37,583 nt of DNA, taken from the IMG/VR virus record IMGVR_UViG_2651869525_000001, positions 1-37,583 of that record. One strand, 5' to 3'. Source of the DNA: a virus. This document shows, piece after piece, positions 7,992-17,936 of the stretch (its first letter is position 1; the number at the start of each line of letters is the position of its first letter). The notes under the pieces are model-generated. The model was not told the origin of the DNA and made no database searches. It saw only the letters and a program-made list of their open reading frames with translations. Position numbers and translations under genes: made by a program.

Positions 7992-8121
7992 ACCTAGACA
8001 AACAACTAACAGACAAACTGGCGTTATTAAAACTAAATTAGTTAAAGCTGGTATATTTGAAAAAGGACATAAATTTCAAAGTGGTGAAATGTTAGAGGGG
8101 ATTAGTAAATTAATACATTAA
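7981..8121 (+). CDS. Small basic hypothetical protein (46 aa)
   Basis: An internal ATG at 7981 (MTYKPRQTTNRQ...) in track ORF 7927..8121 gives an 11-nt overlap with the preceding gene instead of 65 nt. Confidence 0.35.
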   Translation: MTYKPRQTTNRQTGVIKTKLVKAGIFEKGHKFQSGEMLEGISKLIH

Positions 8122-8155
8122 AGTTATCAACATAAAAACATATAAATAAATATTT

Positions 8156-8166
8156 TGTGTTATAAT
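8156..8166 (+). promoter_or_regulatory. Extended -10 promoter TGTGTTATAAT for the head / structural operon
   Basis: Exact 11-mer in the gap upstream of the scaffold, decoration and capsid genes. Confidence 0.6.
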
Positions 8167-8187
8167 AATAATATATAAAATAAATAT

Positions 8188-8283
8188 ATGGCATTAAGCG
8201 GAGTAGCAAGAGCAATAAACAATAAGTCAAAAAACCCAAATGCAGAATTTGGAACTAAAATGATTGTAAAGAAAAAGAAGTAG
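8188..8283 (+). CDS. Possible 31-aa basic peptide (MALSGVARAINNKSKNPNAEFGTKMIVKKKK)
   Basis: Hand-translated ORF 22 nt downstream of the promoter; below the ORF-track size cutoff. Confidence 0.3.
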   Translation: MALSGVARAINNKSKNPNAEFGTKMIVKKKK

Positions 8284-8379
8284 TTTTTTTGAACTGAGGA
8301 CATAAATCACTTTGTGTCTTCTTTCAAGATAATTAAGTCTTGGCTAGCAAGTAGCAAAACTTGTCTTAAACAAAACTAT

Positions 8380-8877
8380 ATGGAAAACGATGTCAAAAAC
8401 GAGCAAGCATCTGCTCAAGAAAAGGAGTCAACAAACGATGTTTCAAAAACAGATAATTTAACAGACATTCAAAAACAAATTATTCAAGCTAAACATACTC
8501 TTAAAACTTTAGAAGAAAAGATTTCTAAAAAGTCTGAAGAAACTAAAGCGGAAGATGTAATTGAAGAATCTATAGATGATGTTAAAGATAATGTTTCAAG
8601 TAATAATCCTACTAGCGAAGAGTTAGAAGAATTAAAAACTTTAAATGAAAAGTTAAAATCTGTAAATGAGGAACTTCTACGCAACAATTCAGAAAAAGAA
8701 AATATACTTAATATCTCATCAAATCAATCAAATGAAGATGTAGATGTAGACGGTTATACTAAAGCTGAACAAGAAAAAATAGAAGCTCTAAAAAGAGATT
8801 ATCCTACTAGTCAAGAATGGAAACCTGAAAAATTTAAAGCATGGATTCAAGCTTCTAGAAAAGGAGAAACTCTATAA
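8380..8877 (+). CDS. Scaffolding-like acidic coiled-coil protein
   Basis: Glu/Lys-rich and helical, with low complexity, positioned upstream of the capsid gene. I prefer the ATG at 8380 (MENDVKNEQ...) to the GTG at 8314 used in the track. Confidence 0.5.
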   Translation: MENDVKNEQASAQEKESTNDVSKTDNLTDIQKQIIQAKHTLKTLEEKISKKSEETKAEDVIEESIDDVKDNVSSNNPTSEELEELKTLNEKLKSVNEELLRNNSEKENILNISSNQSNEDVDVDGYTKAEQEKIEALKRDYPTSQEWKPEKFKAWIQASRKGETL

Positions 8878-8934
8878 AATTTTGAAACATCGTTATATTA
8901 GCAATCCCAAAAGGAATCAGAAACTAATATAACT

Positions 8935-9498
8935 ATGTCATTTTTCGGAAATCAAGGCTTTCAAGCACAAAACAATGGCTCAAGAATATTCCCTGTACAA
9001 GCAAACACAGGGTCTACTGATAGTTACGGTAATTATTTACCAGCTATCACTCCTGGAGCTATTTTAAAAAGAACACTAGGTACATCTTTTGTAGTTGCAG
9101 CAGGTGCTGGAACTCCAGTAGTTGGAACTGATTACATTATTGGTATTGCTTCTTCTAATTCAACAGAAACAGCAACAAATAATGGACTTATAGAAGTAAC
9201 TCCCCTAAAAGACGGAGAAATTTTTAGATTCCAAGCTGACGCTTCACTTCTAACTGGTACAACTTCTATAGTTGCTATCGCAGGAACTACAACTCAAACT
9301 CAAGCTCAATTAAACTATAATGCTCTTATAGGAAAAAGAGTATTATTTGGAACTACATCAGTGGGTGGTGTTACTAGACTTACAGTTTTAGGAACAGACT
9401 CAGCTAATAATGGTCTTGTTGTTGAATATACAAGTACTGTAGCTAATGCAGGTACAGTTGCTGTATCTTTAAGAACAGGTGCTAAATATACTGCTTAA
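8935..9498 (+). CDS. Putative head decoration or minor capsid protein
   Basis: Gly/Thr/Ala-rich 187-aa protein between the scaffold and the major capsid gene (the position of lambda gpD). Higher GC than the early genes. Confidence 0.4.
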   Translation: MSFFGNQGFQAQNNGSRIFPVQANTGSTDSYGNYLPAITPGAILKRTLGTSFVVAAGAGTPVVGTDYIIGIASSNSTETATNNGLIEVTPLKDGEIFRFQADASLLTGTTSIVAIAGTTTQTQAQLNYNALIGKRVLFGTTSVGGVTRLTVLGTDSANNGLVVEYTSTVANAGTVAVSLRTGAKYTA

Positions 9499-9509
9499 TC
9501 ACAGTGTAT

Positions 9510-9543
9510 ATTATTCGTTATTAATTAAATTATTCGTTATTAA
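9510..9543 (+). repeat. Perfect 15-nt direct repeat ATTATTCGTTATTAA x2 upstream of the capsid gene
   Basis: Copies at 9510..9524 and 9529..9543 in the 60-nt spacer. ATTATTCGT recurs at 25921. Confidence 0.7.
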
Positions 9544-9558
9544 ATAAAATAAAAATTT

Positions 9559-10533
9559 ATGAACCCACAAAATGGTCCTATAATGACAACCTTTGATCAA
9601 AAGAACGCCTATGCTATAGAGCTAAATGATCGTTGGTATCAAATGTACGAAGTAAATAGAGCTCCTTCACAAGCTCATTACGACAATGAAGATATTTTCA
9701 AAACAAAGAAACTAAATACTGCTTATTACAATACAGCAGATTTTGGAGGAATTGGATTTTTGGAACAAGTTGGAGAAACAGGTAATCCATCACAAGATAA
9801 AGCTATACTTGGTAAAACAAGAAGTGTAAGAGTAGCTCAATTTTCTGTAGATGTAAAAATCTCATCACTTGCTCTTAGAACAAATCAACATTCAGAATGG
9901 GAGAAGACAATGCAATCAGCAGCACGTGCAGCATTCATGACACGTGATAGAACAGCTTTCTCACTATTTAACAATGGTGTACCAGGATTTGCAGGAGCTA
10001 ATCCTACACTTACAAATGCAGGTGAATTATGGTTTAGTACTTCTCACTCACTATTAAAAGGTGGAACTACATCAAATGCACTTCCATCAGGTACTCTAGT
10101 TAATGACGCTGGACTTTCAGCATTATTCTCTATTGCAGCAAACTTAGTTGACCAAGCAGGTATGCCTTTCATGGACGCACCAGAAATTCTTTTAACTCCT
10201 ACTGGTTCAGCTTATTGGAATGCTATCAAATATACTGACGCTAAGTTAGTTGCTGGTACAAACTTAAATGACCCTAACCCATTGAATGTATCTTATTCAG
10301 GACTTAAGGTTATGCAAAATGTATTCTTAGGAGCTAATTATGGTGGTTCTGATACTGCTTGTTTTGGTATCTCAAGAATAAATACTGCTACTCGTCTTGT
10401 AGAGCAAGAAATGTATACAAAACTATACGAGCCTACAGCAGAAAACCCTATGTATTGGAGTTTCCATGTAGAATATACAGAGCAATACTTTGTAGAATCA
10501 TACGAAGGAGCTTACTTTATCCCTGGAGTATAA
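9559..10533 (+). CDS. Major capsid protein (probable HK97 fold)
   Basis: 324-aa ORF after the scaffold and decoration-like genes, followed by a strong GC hairpin. Called from size, position and composition only. Confidence 0.6.
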   Translation: MNPQNGPIMTTFDQKNAYAIELNDRWYQMYEVNRAPSQAHYDNEDIFKTKKLNTAYYNTADFGGIGFLEQVGETGNPSQDKAILGKTRSVRVAQFSVDVKISSLALRTNQHSEWEKTMQSAARAAFMTRDRTAFSLFNNGVPGFAGANPTLTNAGELWFSTSHSLLKGGTTSNALPSGTLVNDAGLSALFSIAANLVDQAGMPFMDAPEILLTPTGSAYWNAIKYTDAKLVAGTNLNDPNPLNVSYSGLKVMQNVFLGANYGGSDTACFGISRINTATRLVEQEMYTKLYEPTAENPMYWSFHVEYTEQYFVESYEGAYFIPGV

Positions 10534-10559
10534 TATTCAGTCTAAGCCTTTATTGGCTT

Positions 10560-10595
10560 GGAGGGGGAGAGTTAATCTGATTCCTCTCTCCCTCC
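10560..10595 (+). terminator. GC-rich 12-bp hairpin after the capsid gene (attenuator or mRNA stabiliser)
   Basis: GGAGGGGGAGAG (10560..10571) pairs with CTCTCTCCCTCC (10584..10595) with one G-U pair and a 12-nt loop. No U-tract follows. Confidence 0.45.
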
Positions 10596-10614
10596 TAGCT
10601 AATAAAATAAATAT

Positions 10615-11022
10615 ATGCAAGATAATTTAATCATAAACAACTTAACATCAGACGGAAAATGGAGTTTAGAATATTCTAAGCCTCCTTATGATTTTAATAT
10701 TGTTTTAGGTAGTCAAAAAACTTCTTCTTCAATAGGACTTAAAAATTTTATTGCTGGAAGTAATCAATCTATTCTTTCTGTCTTTGGAAATACTTTTTCT
10801 TTCATAGGTCATTTAGAATTTTCAAATGATAATGTAAATTGGGTTAGAGATACTTTAGCTAATACAGATTTTACTACTGGAAGTATGACACTTAATCCAG
10901 TTGTTTTAAATGCAAGTAATTTTAATTTTACTTATGCTTGTCCTATTAATTATCAATTCATGAGAGTTGTATATAGTGGTACAGGTACAGTAACAATACA
11001 ATTAACATCAGGAAACGCATAA
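10615..11022 (+). CDS. Virion structural protein (hypothetical, 135 aa)
   Basis: ORF between the capsid and tail fibre genes. Confidence 0.5.
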   Translation: MQDNLIINNLTSDGKWSLEYSKPPYDFNIVLGSQKTSSSIGLKNFIAGSNQSILSVFGNTFSFIGHLEFSNDNVNWVRDTLANTDFTTGSMTLNPVVLNASNFNFTYACPINYQFMRVVYSGTGTVTIQLTSGNA

Positions 11023-11023
11023 T

Positions 11024-13033
11024 ATGTCATTTCATACTAAAGGAACAATACAAGGAAATGGTGGTGGTGGCTCATATACACTTCCCATAGCTTCTTCTAC
11101 AGTCCTTGGTGGTATTAAAGTAGGTACTGGTCTTTCAATAGATAGTGTTACTGGTATACTTAGCTCTACTGGTGGTGGATCAAGTCCTATATCTGTTATA
11201 AATACTGGTACTCTTATCTCTAGTGGTTTACCATATTCTGGTTTAGATTCAATAGCTAATAATTCAATTTTTCTTGGAAATTCAGCTGGAGCATACGCTA
11301 CTAATGCAGAGCAATCAGTTTTTCTTGGAGTAAATGCTGGAGTAGGTGCTAGTGATGCTTTCTCCTCTTTCTTTGTTGGTGCAGACGCTGGAAATGGTGC
11401 TAGTGAAGCTCATAATTCTATATTTTTAGGAGAGGCAGCTGGAAATAGTGCTTTCAATTCTTCTTATTCTATTTTTATGGGTTTAGCAGCAGGAGAAGGT
11501 GCTACTGACGCTAATAATTCAAACTTCTTTGGGCAAAGCACTGGAGAAGGTGCTAATAATGCTTCAGGTTCAAATTTCTTCGGAAATACAACAGGTTCAA
11601 ATGCGTATAATGCTCACGATTCAAATTTCATGTCTTATGGAGCAGGTATTAATGCAGAAAATGCTCATTATTCAAACTTCTTTGGATATTTAGCTGGTTC
11701 AAATGCAAGTAACGCTTCTAACTCAATATTTATAGGACAAAATTCAGGAGCAAATGATACAGTAAATAATATTGGAGATCCCGATGACTTTTCAATACTT
11801 TTAGGAAAAGATACAAACACAGGTGGATTTTCTAACTCAATAGCAATAGGTGGTTCTGCTGTAAATACAGCAAGTAATCAGTTTATGATAGGTTCTTCTA
11901 CTAGAGCTATTAATCAAATGGTATTAAATGGCTCAAGTGCATATTTTAACTTTGGAGCTACTGGTGGTACATCAGGTTATGGATTTAGAGATAATGCAGG
12001 TACAATGCAATTTAAAAACTCTGGTGGCTCATGGGCTAACTTTGGTGGTGGTACAATGCAAGATTTACAATCAGTATTAAATATAGGAAGTAATGCTTCA
12101 ATTTCTACTGGTTTTGGTTTAACAGCTCCTGTCTTTTCTTTTGTAGGAAGTACAAACTATCAAGACGGACTTATTATTGCAGATGATGGAAGTGGTATTG
12201 TAAGATTAGGAGATTATAACGGAGATTCTCAAGGTACAAATATATCTATAGATGACGGTAGCTCTACTATTAATCTAACAGCTTATACAGGTGGAATAAA
12301 TACTTTTGGTTATGCCTTAAGAATAAATAATCCAGTAGATATGGTTTATCTATATGGAGATGTTTATGGTGGAGAATCAGGACTATATAGTGGAAATAGC
12401 GACCAAAGAATAGCTGTGTCAAATGGTAATTTATACAATTATGGAGATGATACTTTAATTATCAATAATAATACTAGACAAACAATATCTCGTAATGACA
12501 TAATCTCAAATTTAGATGCTGGAGTATATCAATGGAATATTATTGCAGATGGAGTAGAAGCAAATATCTCTCCTTATCTACAAAGTAAAGGAAGTGGTGG
12601 AGCAACTTTATCTAGTGACCCTTTAGGTTCAGTTACTTCAATAATTAGAGCGTTGCCTGGCGACTTAGCAGCAACTACTCAAAATGGTAGTACTGCAGCA
12701 ACTGGCTGGGATTTAACCCCAGATTCTTTTGCTGTAATTGATGAATTACTTCCAGACCAGTATTTAATCTATCTATCTTCAAATGGAGATAATGAATTAA
12801 ATACTCATGTAAACGCAGGACATAAACTTAATCTTCATGCGTATAACACTACTACTGCTTCAATGGATGCTTATATAAGTCTTGTAGCAGGAAGTACTAC
12901 TTCAATGTTATTTCCACAATTAGCAGGAAGTGGTACAAGATATGTAACAGTAGATAATACAGGAAAAGTAAGTGCTACTGCTGCTGCTGGTCTTTCTAGA
13001 GCGCAAGCTTTAGCTTTAACATTAGGAGCATAA
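11024..13033 (+). CDS. Tail fibre protein with YadA-head-like degenerate repeats
   Basis: The N-terminal PIASSTVLGGIKVGTGLSIDSVTGILS motif is common in phage fibres. About nine repeats of the form NS-x-F-x-G-x-x-AG-x-x-A-x-x-A follow. Confidence 0.7.
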   Translation: MSFHTKGTIQGNGGGGSYTLPIASSTVLGGIKVGTGLSIDSVTGILSSTGGGSSPISVINTGTLISSGLPYSGLDSIANNSIFLGNSAGAYATNAEQSVFLGVNAGVGASDAFSSFFVGADAGNGASEAHNSIFLGEAAGNSAFNSSYSIFMGLAAGEGATDANNSNFFGQSTGEGANNASGSNFFGNTTGSNAYNAHDSNFMSYGAGINAENAHYSNFFGYLAGSNASNASNSIFIGQNSGANDTVNNIGDPDDFSILLGKDTNTGGFSNSIAIGGSAVNTASNQFMIGSSTRAINQMVLNGSSAYFNFGATGGTSGYGFRDNAGTMQFKNSGGSWANFGGGTMQDLQSVLNIGSNASISTGFGLTAPVFSFVGSTNYQDGLIIADDGSGIVRLGDYNGDSQGTNISIDDGSSTINLTAYTGGINTFGYALRINNPVDMVYLYGDVYGGESGLYSGNSDQRIAVSNGNLYNYGDDTLIINNNTRQTISRNDIISNLDAGVYQWNIIADGVEANISPYLQSKGSGGATLSSDPLGSVTSIIRALPGDLAATTQNGSTAATGWDLTPDSFAVIDELLPDQYLIYLSSNGDNELNTHVNAGHKLNLHAYNTTTASMDAYISLVAGSTTSMLFPQLAGSGTRYVTVDNTGKVSATAAAGLSRAQALALTLGA

Positions 13034-13051
13034 CAAATAACAAATAATAAT

Positions 13052-13897
13052 ATGATAGTTTTAACAAACACAACAGATAAAATACAAATAACTTTAGGAG
13101 ATACACCAACTACTCAAGCTCCTTGTCTAGCTAATTATAGAGATATAACTACAACAGCTTATACCCCAGCTAGAACTGTTTTACAAACAAATAGTACAAC
13201 AGCAGTAGATATAGTACCAGCTCCAGCTTCTTCAACTCAAAGAGTAGTAGATTATATTTCAGTATTTAATGTAGATAGTGCTTCTCATACAGTAACAGTT
13301 AGATTTAATGATAATGGTACATCTTATGTTTTATTTAGAGCTACTTTAGATACAAATGAAAAGTTAGAATATCAAGAAGGTAAAGGCTGGAGTGTATTTA
13401 CAAATGCAGGTTCAGTTAAAACTTCTCTTAATCAAGGTACAACACCAGCTTCTTCAACTTTAAATGCAGTAGTTTTATCTTCTGATGTAACAAATAATAA
13501 TGGTACAGCTAATACAATGCAAGATGTTACAGGGCTTTCTTTTGCAGTAAATTCTGGTTCAACTTATTATTTTAGAGGGGTAATAACTTATGATTCAGCT
13601 TTAGCTACAACAGGTTCTCGCTGGAGTATAAACGGTCCGACATTTACTCGTTTAGGTTATGAATCTTTCTATCCAACATCAGCTACAGCACAAGCAATTA
13701 ACTATGCAGCAGCTTATGATTTACCATTAGCTGCGAATGCATCTTCTTTTGGTACTTCAGGAAATACAGCTATTATAGAAGGCTTTATAACTCCTTCAGC
13801 TAATGGTACTGTTGTAATTCGTTTTGCTTCAGAAGTATCAGGTTCGGCTATAATAGCAAAGGCTGGGTCATTATTATTCTGGCAACAAGTATTATAA
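13052..13897 (+). CDS. Virion structural protein (putative fibre or receptor-binding component)
   Basis: Thr/Ser/Ala-rich 281-aa ORF following the fibre gene. Confidence 0.45.
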   Translation: MIVLTNTTDKIQITLGDTPTTQAPCLANYRDITTTAYTPARTVLQTNSTTAVDIVPAPASSTQRVVDYISVFNVDSASHTVTVRFNDNGTSYVLFRATLDTNEKLEYQEGKGWSVFTNAGSVKTSLNQGTTPASSTLNAVVLSSDVTNNNGTANTMQDVTGLSFAVNSGSTYYFRGVITYDSALATTGSRWSINGPTFTRLGYESFYPTSATAQAINYAAAYDLPLAANASSFGTSGNTAIIEGFITPSANGTVVIRFASEVSGSAIIAKAGSLLFWQQVL

Positions 13898-13901
13898 AAT
13901 T

Positions 13902-14219
13902 ATGGAATATATTTTAGCTAAACAATTAAAAGATAATGGATTTCCACAAACATATAATTCAAATTGTGAAGTATATGATACTGATGAAAATATACATTTC
14001 TTTCATATTGAAGAAGATGGAATGTATTTAGATGATGATATAATATCAGTACCAAGTCAAGATTGGATTAAAATACCAAGCATTACAGATTTGGTACAAG
14101 CATGCGGAGATAGTTACCCAAATTTAATAATAAATGAAAATGGGTGGTGCGTAGGGGAATTTAATAGTAAAACAAGCCCAAAAGAAGCAATAGCAAACTT
14201 TTGGTTAAATAATAAATAA
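13902..14219 (+). CDS. Hypothetical protein (105 aa)
   Basis: Acidic ORF embedded in the tail module. Confidence 0.5.
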   Translation: MEYILAKQLKDNGFPQTYNSNCEVYDTDENIHFFHIEEDGMYLDDDIISVPSQDWIKIPSITDLVQACGDSYPNLIINENGWCVGEFNSKTSPKEAIANFWLNNK

Positions 14220-14223
14220 AAAT

Positions 14224-14436
14224 ATGGATACAAATACATACACAAAAGCAACAGATAATAATGGTACAGAAATATTAGTAGTAACAAATGAATCAGGAGC
14301 TATAACAACTTATGTAGTTAAAAATCTTACAGCAAGTATAGCTAGTTTAAATAATCAAAAATTTGTAGAATCACAAAGACTAGATAAAATAATTGCAAGA
14401 CAGCAAGACTTGTTAGATAAATACAATGCTCTATAA
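14224..14436 (+). CDS. Hypothetical protein (70 aa)
   Basis: ORF embedded in the tail module. Confidence 0.45.
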   Translation: MDTNTYTKATDNNGTEILVVTNESGAITTYVVKNLTASIASLNNQKFVESQRLDKIIARQQDLLDKYNAL

Positions 14437-14444
14437 AATTATTT

Positions 14445-14726
14445 ATGAATTTAGACTCTGCAAATGTCGTAATAGGTTTAATAATATCAATACTCACTTT
14501 TTTTGGTGGGGCTTGGTTGTCAGCTTTTAACTTAGGTAAAAAAGCTAAAGCAACAGACGACATTTTAGACGAGCATACTAAAATAATAGAAAGACATGAT
14601 TCTGCTATTAAAGAAATTAATCAAAGATTTAATGACACTAAAGATTTGATAGTTAAATTAGAAAAAACAATGGAAGTGGGTTTTGCAGTAATCTCAACTG
14701 AAATTAAAAACTTAAAAGAAAAATAA
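14445..14726 (+). CDS. Small membrane-anchored coiled-coil protein
   Basis: N-terminal hydrophobic segment VVIGLIISILTFFGGAWLSAF followed by a charged helical region. Confidence 0.5.
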   Translation: MNLDSANVVIGLIISILTFFGGAWLSAFNLGKKAKATDDILDEHTKIIERHDSAIKEINQRFNDTKDLIVKLEKTMEVGFAVISTEIKNLKEK

Positions 14727-14730
14727 AAAT

Positions 14731-15921
14731 ATGTCAATGAATATAACACAACTTAAAAATTTGATAACTGCTGGTTTACATGGGACAACTCTTAATCAAA
14801 TTAAAAATATAAATGGAGTAATTCAAGCTGTATCATCTCAATTTATACTTGACCATGATTGGAGAGAAACTAAAACAACAGCAGAAATTGGAAATGTTTT
14901 TGTAAACAATTTAAACTATCCATGTCCTCCAGATTTAAAAGGAAATCGTGTTATTGACATATATCCTCAAGTAAATAGAAACTATAATTCTTTTAATGCA
15001 GAAAATACTCGTGCTTTTGATAGAGACTCTGGACTTTTAAATGGAAAAGAAAGAATGACTATAAAAGATAATAACGGAGTAAAGACTTTAAGAGTACAAT
15101 ATGTGAATGGAAATAGAAATCCTATCACAGTTGATAATTTGTCCTCTATAGAGAATTTTACAACAAGTGGTAGTATGACATCACTTAGTGTAGATTCGAC
15201 TACTGTAGTACCAAATTTTGGCTCTACAACGCTTAAATTAGACTTAGATAGTGGTACTGGCTCTATAGCTCAAACATTGACTAATATAAATGGAAATCCA
15301 CCTTTAAGTAATGATTATACTCGTGGAGCTTTCTTTATGTGGGTATATGTAGAAGACCCAAGTAAATTTACAAGCTCTACTATTCATATAGGTACAAATA
15401 ATACTAATTATGTATCTATAACTACAAGTAAAACATCATCAAATACTAATATAATAACTGGTTGGAATTTATTACAATATAATTTTAGTGCTAGTACTAT
15501 AACAGGTACTTTAACTAACGCTTTTACTATTAATTATATAAAGTTAGATTTTGCTGTTACAGATACTACTTCTCTTAACGCTTATAATCTAGTATTTTCT
15601 GTTGGAGATATTCTTATGATTGAATATTATTCTTCATATATGTTTAGAGATGCGGCAACTGGTGTATGGCAAGAAACTATAACTAACGACTCAAACTTAA
15701 TCAATTTAGATTTAGACGCAATAAATTGTTTTGTTTTACTTTGTCAGATGTATATTGCTAGAAATCAAGCAGGAGCTGATTCAATGTTTGATTATCAATT
15801 CTGTCAAAATCTATATCAGACATCACTTGAAAAATATCAAAGAAAATACCCAAGTGAAATAATGACTATTTATGATAATTATTATGATACTACTTTAACT
15901 TGGAATAGATGGAGTTTTTAA
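14731..15921 (+). CDS. Virion structural protein (putative tail or adaptor component, 396 aa)
   Basis: Large ORF in the structural block; the function is positional inference only. Confidence 0.5.
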   Translation: MSMNITQLKNLITAGLHGTTLNQIKNINGVIQAVSSQFILDHDWRETKTTAEIGNVFVNNLNYPCPPDLKGNRVIDIYPQVNRNYNSFNAENTRAFDRDSGLLNGKERMTIKDNNGVKTLRVQYVNGNRNPITVDNLSSIENFTTSGSMTSLSVDSTTVVPNFGSTTLKLDLDSGTGSIAQTLTNINGNPPLSNDYTRGAFFMWVYVEDPSKFTSSTIHIGTNNTNYVSITTSKTSSNTNIITGWNLLQYNFSASTITGTLTNAFTINYIKLDFAVTDTTSLNAYNLVFSVGDILMIEYYSSYMFRDAATGVWQETITNDSNLINLDLDAINCFVLLCQMYIARNQAGADSMFDYQFCQNLYQTSLEKYQRKYPSEIMTIYDNYYDTTLTWNRWSF

Positions 15922-15936
15922 TAAACAATTAAAATT

Positions 15937-17901
15937 ATGGCAAAACAAGATAATCCATTTCAAATAAAAACTAAACCAGCAAATAGAAGATTTGAATTAG
16001 AAACTAAATTTAAAGGTTATAGACATAGATTTGACTTAACTAAAGAAGAAGATGGTGTTTTAGTTGTAGGTTCTAAAAATGTTTTATGTAAATACGGTGA
16101 TCAAGTAGAAATAAGAAAAGGTTATGATTATTTAGGTCAAAAAGGTACTTTAAATAAACCTATAATTACTTCTTATGACTTTGATACATTTTCTGGTTAT
16201 GAGGCTCATTTAAGAGGTTATAACATAGGTGAAGCAGTAACTCTTTTAGAATATTTTGACCCTTTTACTGAAAAATGGTTTTCACTTATAGAAACTACGG
16301 GTATATCAGAGCAAACTTTTGCTACTTGGTGGGATAGTACAACTTATCAGAATAAAGCTATATGGCTTTCAAATAATCCAGTAGGTGGCGACCCATACAC
16401 ACAGACATATTCATATTTATATACATGGACTGGAGCAACAGCTAAAATATTAAGTTATTCAACTGGTACATTGACTATATCAGGCACACAAACTATACAA
16501 GCTTTAGGTTTTGCAACATCAGGTACTTTAAAAACTCAAGGTTTAGATATTACATATACAGGTATATCAACAGACGGTTTAAGCTTTACTGGTTGTACTT
16601 CATCTGCAACAATATTACCTAACTTTGCTGTAGTTGATAGCAATTTTAATCCTTTTAAATTGACCCCTGGAAATACTGGTGGAGCAACTGGAGTATTAAA
16701 AAACTTTGTTGCTGATATTTTAGCTATTAAAGATAATCATTTATATCTAGCTTCATATAATAGTCGTAATATTTATATATCTAAAGTAAATGATTTTAGT
16801 GATTATACTTTTGGAGGAAGTGAAATATTAGGAGGTTATCCAAGTTATGGTACAGCAAAAAGAGAGCAAGGAGAAGGAGCTATACTTCAAGTAGATGAAT
16901 TTCCTAGAGCTATGATAGTACAAGAAGATGATATGTATATTTCATGTGGAAAAAGTAAATGGTTTTATACAGTACAAGACCAAAATACACAATCTATAAC
17001 AGTAAGTGATACAGCTTTAACTTTCTATTATGAAAATATTTATCTTAAGCCTTTAAAGACTACATTCGGACAAGGAGCACAATCACAATCACTTTGTACT
17101 TCAATTTATAATAATATAGCTTTTGTTTCTTATGAGCCAACATTTACAACTATTGGAAGAATAAAACAAGTCAATCAAAAACTAGATGGAATGTTAGGAA
17201 GTCCGGCATTAAGTTCATTATCTGACCCAATAATATTAGACTTTCAAAATTATAATTTTACAGATGGACAAATAAAATATTATCAAGACTCTGTATATAT
17301 ATCTTTACCTAAAGAAGGCTTAGTCTTAATTTATAATACTCTTATGGAATGGTGGGAAGCTCCACAAACTTTACCAATAGGTAGATTTTCAGTTATAAAT
17401 GGTGATTTAATAGGACATTCTTATGATAAAAATGAGTCATATATTTTATTTAAAAATCAAAACGACATAAATTTTGCTATACCAGCAGTCGCCAGTTTTA
17501 GCTTTATGAATGGAAATGAAAGAGAGAGTTATAAAACTTTTGATGAATGGTATACAGAGGGATATATAAATAGTGCTACGCAACTTAAATTAAAAATGAC
17601 TTATGATTTTACTTCAGAAGTAGAAGTATCTATTGACGGAAGTAATCCAGATATAACTTTTGCTACAAAAGATTATAACTATTTAGGTAGTGGTTATTTA
17701 GGAAAATATCCACTGGGTACAATAAACAAAATAATTAATGGTGATTATAAATTTAGAAGTAAAAAAACTTTTGAAGATAAAGATTTCTTTGAAGTACAAT
17801 CAACATATTCAACAAATGAATTAAATGCTTATTGGTCTATTCTTGCTTATGGTGGAAATACAAAATTAAGCAAGAATGACACAGTTATTATTAAAGAATA
17901 A
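15937..17901 (+). CDS. Virion structural protein (putative tail tube or nozzle component, 654 aa)
   Basis: Large ORF in the structural block; the function is positional inference only. Confidence 0.5.
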   Translation: MAKQDNPFQIKTKPANRRFELETKFKGYRHRFDLTKEEDGVLVVGSKNVLCKYGDQVEIRKGYDYLGQKGTLNKPIITSYDFDTFSGYEAHLRGYNIGEAVTLLEYFDPFTEKWFSLIETTGISEQTFATWWDSTTYQNKAIWLSNNPVGGDPYTQTYSYLYTWTGATAKILSYSTGTLTISGTQTIQALGFATSGTLKTQGLDITYTGISTDGLSFTGCTSSATILPNFAVVDSNFNPFKLTPGNTGGATGVLKNFVADILAIKDNHLYLASYNSRNIYISKVNDFSDYTFGGSEILGGYPSYGTAKREQGEGAILQVDEFPRAMIVQEDDMYISCGKSKWFYTVQDQNTQSITVSDTALTFYYENIYLKPLKTTFGQGAQSQSLCTSIYNNIAFVSYEPTFTTIGRIKQVNQKLDGMLGSPALSSLSDPIILDFQNYNFTDGQIKYYQDSVYISLPKEGLVLIYNTLMEWWEAPQTLPIGRFSVINGDLIGHSYDKNESYILFKNQNDINFAIPAVASFSFMNGNERESYKTFDEWYTEGYINSATQLKLKMTYDFTSEVEVSIDGSNPDITFATKDYNYLGSGYLGKYPLGTINKIINGDYKFRSKKTFEDKDFFEVQSTYSTNELNAYWSILAYGGNTKLSKNDTVIIKE

Positions 17902-17921
17902 AAAAATCAGAGTAATAAATA

Positions 17922-17930
17922 TGTTATAAT
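17922..17930 (+). promoter_or_regulatory. Extended -10 promoter TGTTATAAT; ATG 6 nt downstream (leaderless)
   Basis: TGTTATAAT at 17922..17930. The A of the 17937 ATG is the 7th nt after the hexamer. Confidence 0.55.
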
Positions 17931-17936
17931 ATAAAT

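Noticed and set aside
8314-8379. GTG start at 8314 for the scaffold-like gene, as used in the ORF track.
   Set aside because: The N-terminal extension is not acidic or helical like the rest of the protein, and it overlaps local hairpins. The ATG at 8380 gives a coherent protein.
10359-10580. ORF in the -1 frame overlapping the 3' end of the capsid gene; considered as a T7 10A/10B-style frameshift extension.
   Set aside because: I found no X-XXY-YYZ slippery heptamer in the last 100 nt of the capsid frame. The GC hairpin starts about 27 nt after the stop, too far away to stimulate a shift.
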